33,000 bases of DNA from Octopus bimaculoides (Eukaryota): contig NC_068992.1 in assembly GCF_001194135.2 (NCBI RefSeq), forward strand, positions 64,684,164 through 64,717,163, given 5' to 3'. Positions 32,384-33,000 of the stretch are shown piece after piece; within the stretch, counting starts at the first letter, position 1, and every line of letters starts with the position of its first letter. A program made the translations under genes and the position numbers. Under the pieces are notes generated by a model, which worked only from the letters and a program-made list of their open reading frames with translations, was not told the DNA's origin and made no database searches.

Positions 32384-32779
32384 GGAATTTACAAAAAAAA
32401 AACAAACAAACAAACAAAAGACGAAGACGGGTGTGTAAGCAACAAGCAGGTGTATTTGTGTTACGCTCGGGAAGGTGAGAAAGTCTTTTACGTTTCGAGC
32501 CTACGCTCTTCAACAGAAAGAAATAAGAGAAAATAAACAGAGGGTGAATAAACAACTGTATATTAGGTAGTCCGGAAAGTTCTGAGCGTTTTTAATCTAA
32601 ATCTTTTAACGTGTCATTGAACACACCTGAAACGTAACGCAGTTAAAACTTTGGCGTTGTTTCAAGTGGTAGTTCATGTCTTCTTTGTTCCTGACTAAAA
32701 ATAGATTTATCTTTCATTCTGGTTACCTTCTATGGTCATTTGAAATGGATAACCAAAATTTCCCTTTCCTCATCCCCTC

Positions 32780-32910
32780 TTTCTCCCGCCAATATTATTT
32801 TTGCTAAGTTTATAATTTGCTTGCTAATTGTCCTTTCAGTACTTCCTCACCTCCGCCCTACATTAAATGCGTTAAACACAAACTTGACTCTGTCTTGGAA
32901 AGATAAGTCG
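32780..32910 (+). mobile_element. CR1-like LINE ORF2 C-terminal remnant
   Basis: acattaaatgcgttaaacacaaacttgac..tggaaagat resembles the TLNAFKHKLD..WKD end of CR1 ORF2. Confidence 0.45.
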
Positions 32911-33000
32911 AAGGTTTTTCTACATTTGGGTAAGAGTTAATCTCTGGTGTGACGAGTTTAGGTTGAAGAGCACAACAAAAGCGATGACATGTAACTCTGA

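Noticed and set aside
32955-33000. TTGAAGAGC..GCGATGACATGTAACTC as a third hammerhead
   Set aside because: Too many core mismatches, no clear stem I, and truncated by the window edge.
1-33000. CRISPR arrays, operons or other prokaryotic systems
   Set aside because: The sequence is spliceosomal-intron-containing eukaryotic DNA; no repeat-spacer array was seen.

Overview
AT-rich, microsatellite-dense eukaryotic genomic DNA with nine N-gaps. The repeat families (RTE-clade LINEs with (CAT)n tails and two abundant SINE families) look like octopus/coleoid cephalopod sequence; this is recognition from memory, not a database result. By reading the minus strand and chaining GT-AG exons in phase, I reconstruct (1) a complete 10-exon gene, 19679->10943, encoding a ~458-aa protein with a signal peptide and four ~95-110-aa beta-rich repeats, each built from an exon pair with intron phases 1-0-1 (possibly divergent PLAT/LH2-like domains), which the ORF track shows only as scattered fragments; and (2) the first coding exon of triosephosphate isomerase (2761-2869), absent from the ORF track. 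Two identical tRNA-Leu(AAG) genes face each other at 24337-24418 (+) and 29693-29774 (-). The rest is transposon debris: an internally deleted mariner with TIRs, several RTE copies, CR1/L2-type RT remnants, SINEs, a Helitron-like element and a decayed ORF1-like region. There are also unexplained structures: a 162-bp near-perfect palindrome whose arms have degenerate minimal hammerhead-ribozyme topology, a second hammerhead-like motif, an inverted-repeat element containing TTAGGG repeats, and two oppositely oriented arrays of a ~150-bp repeat.
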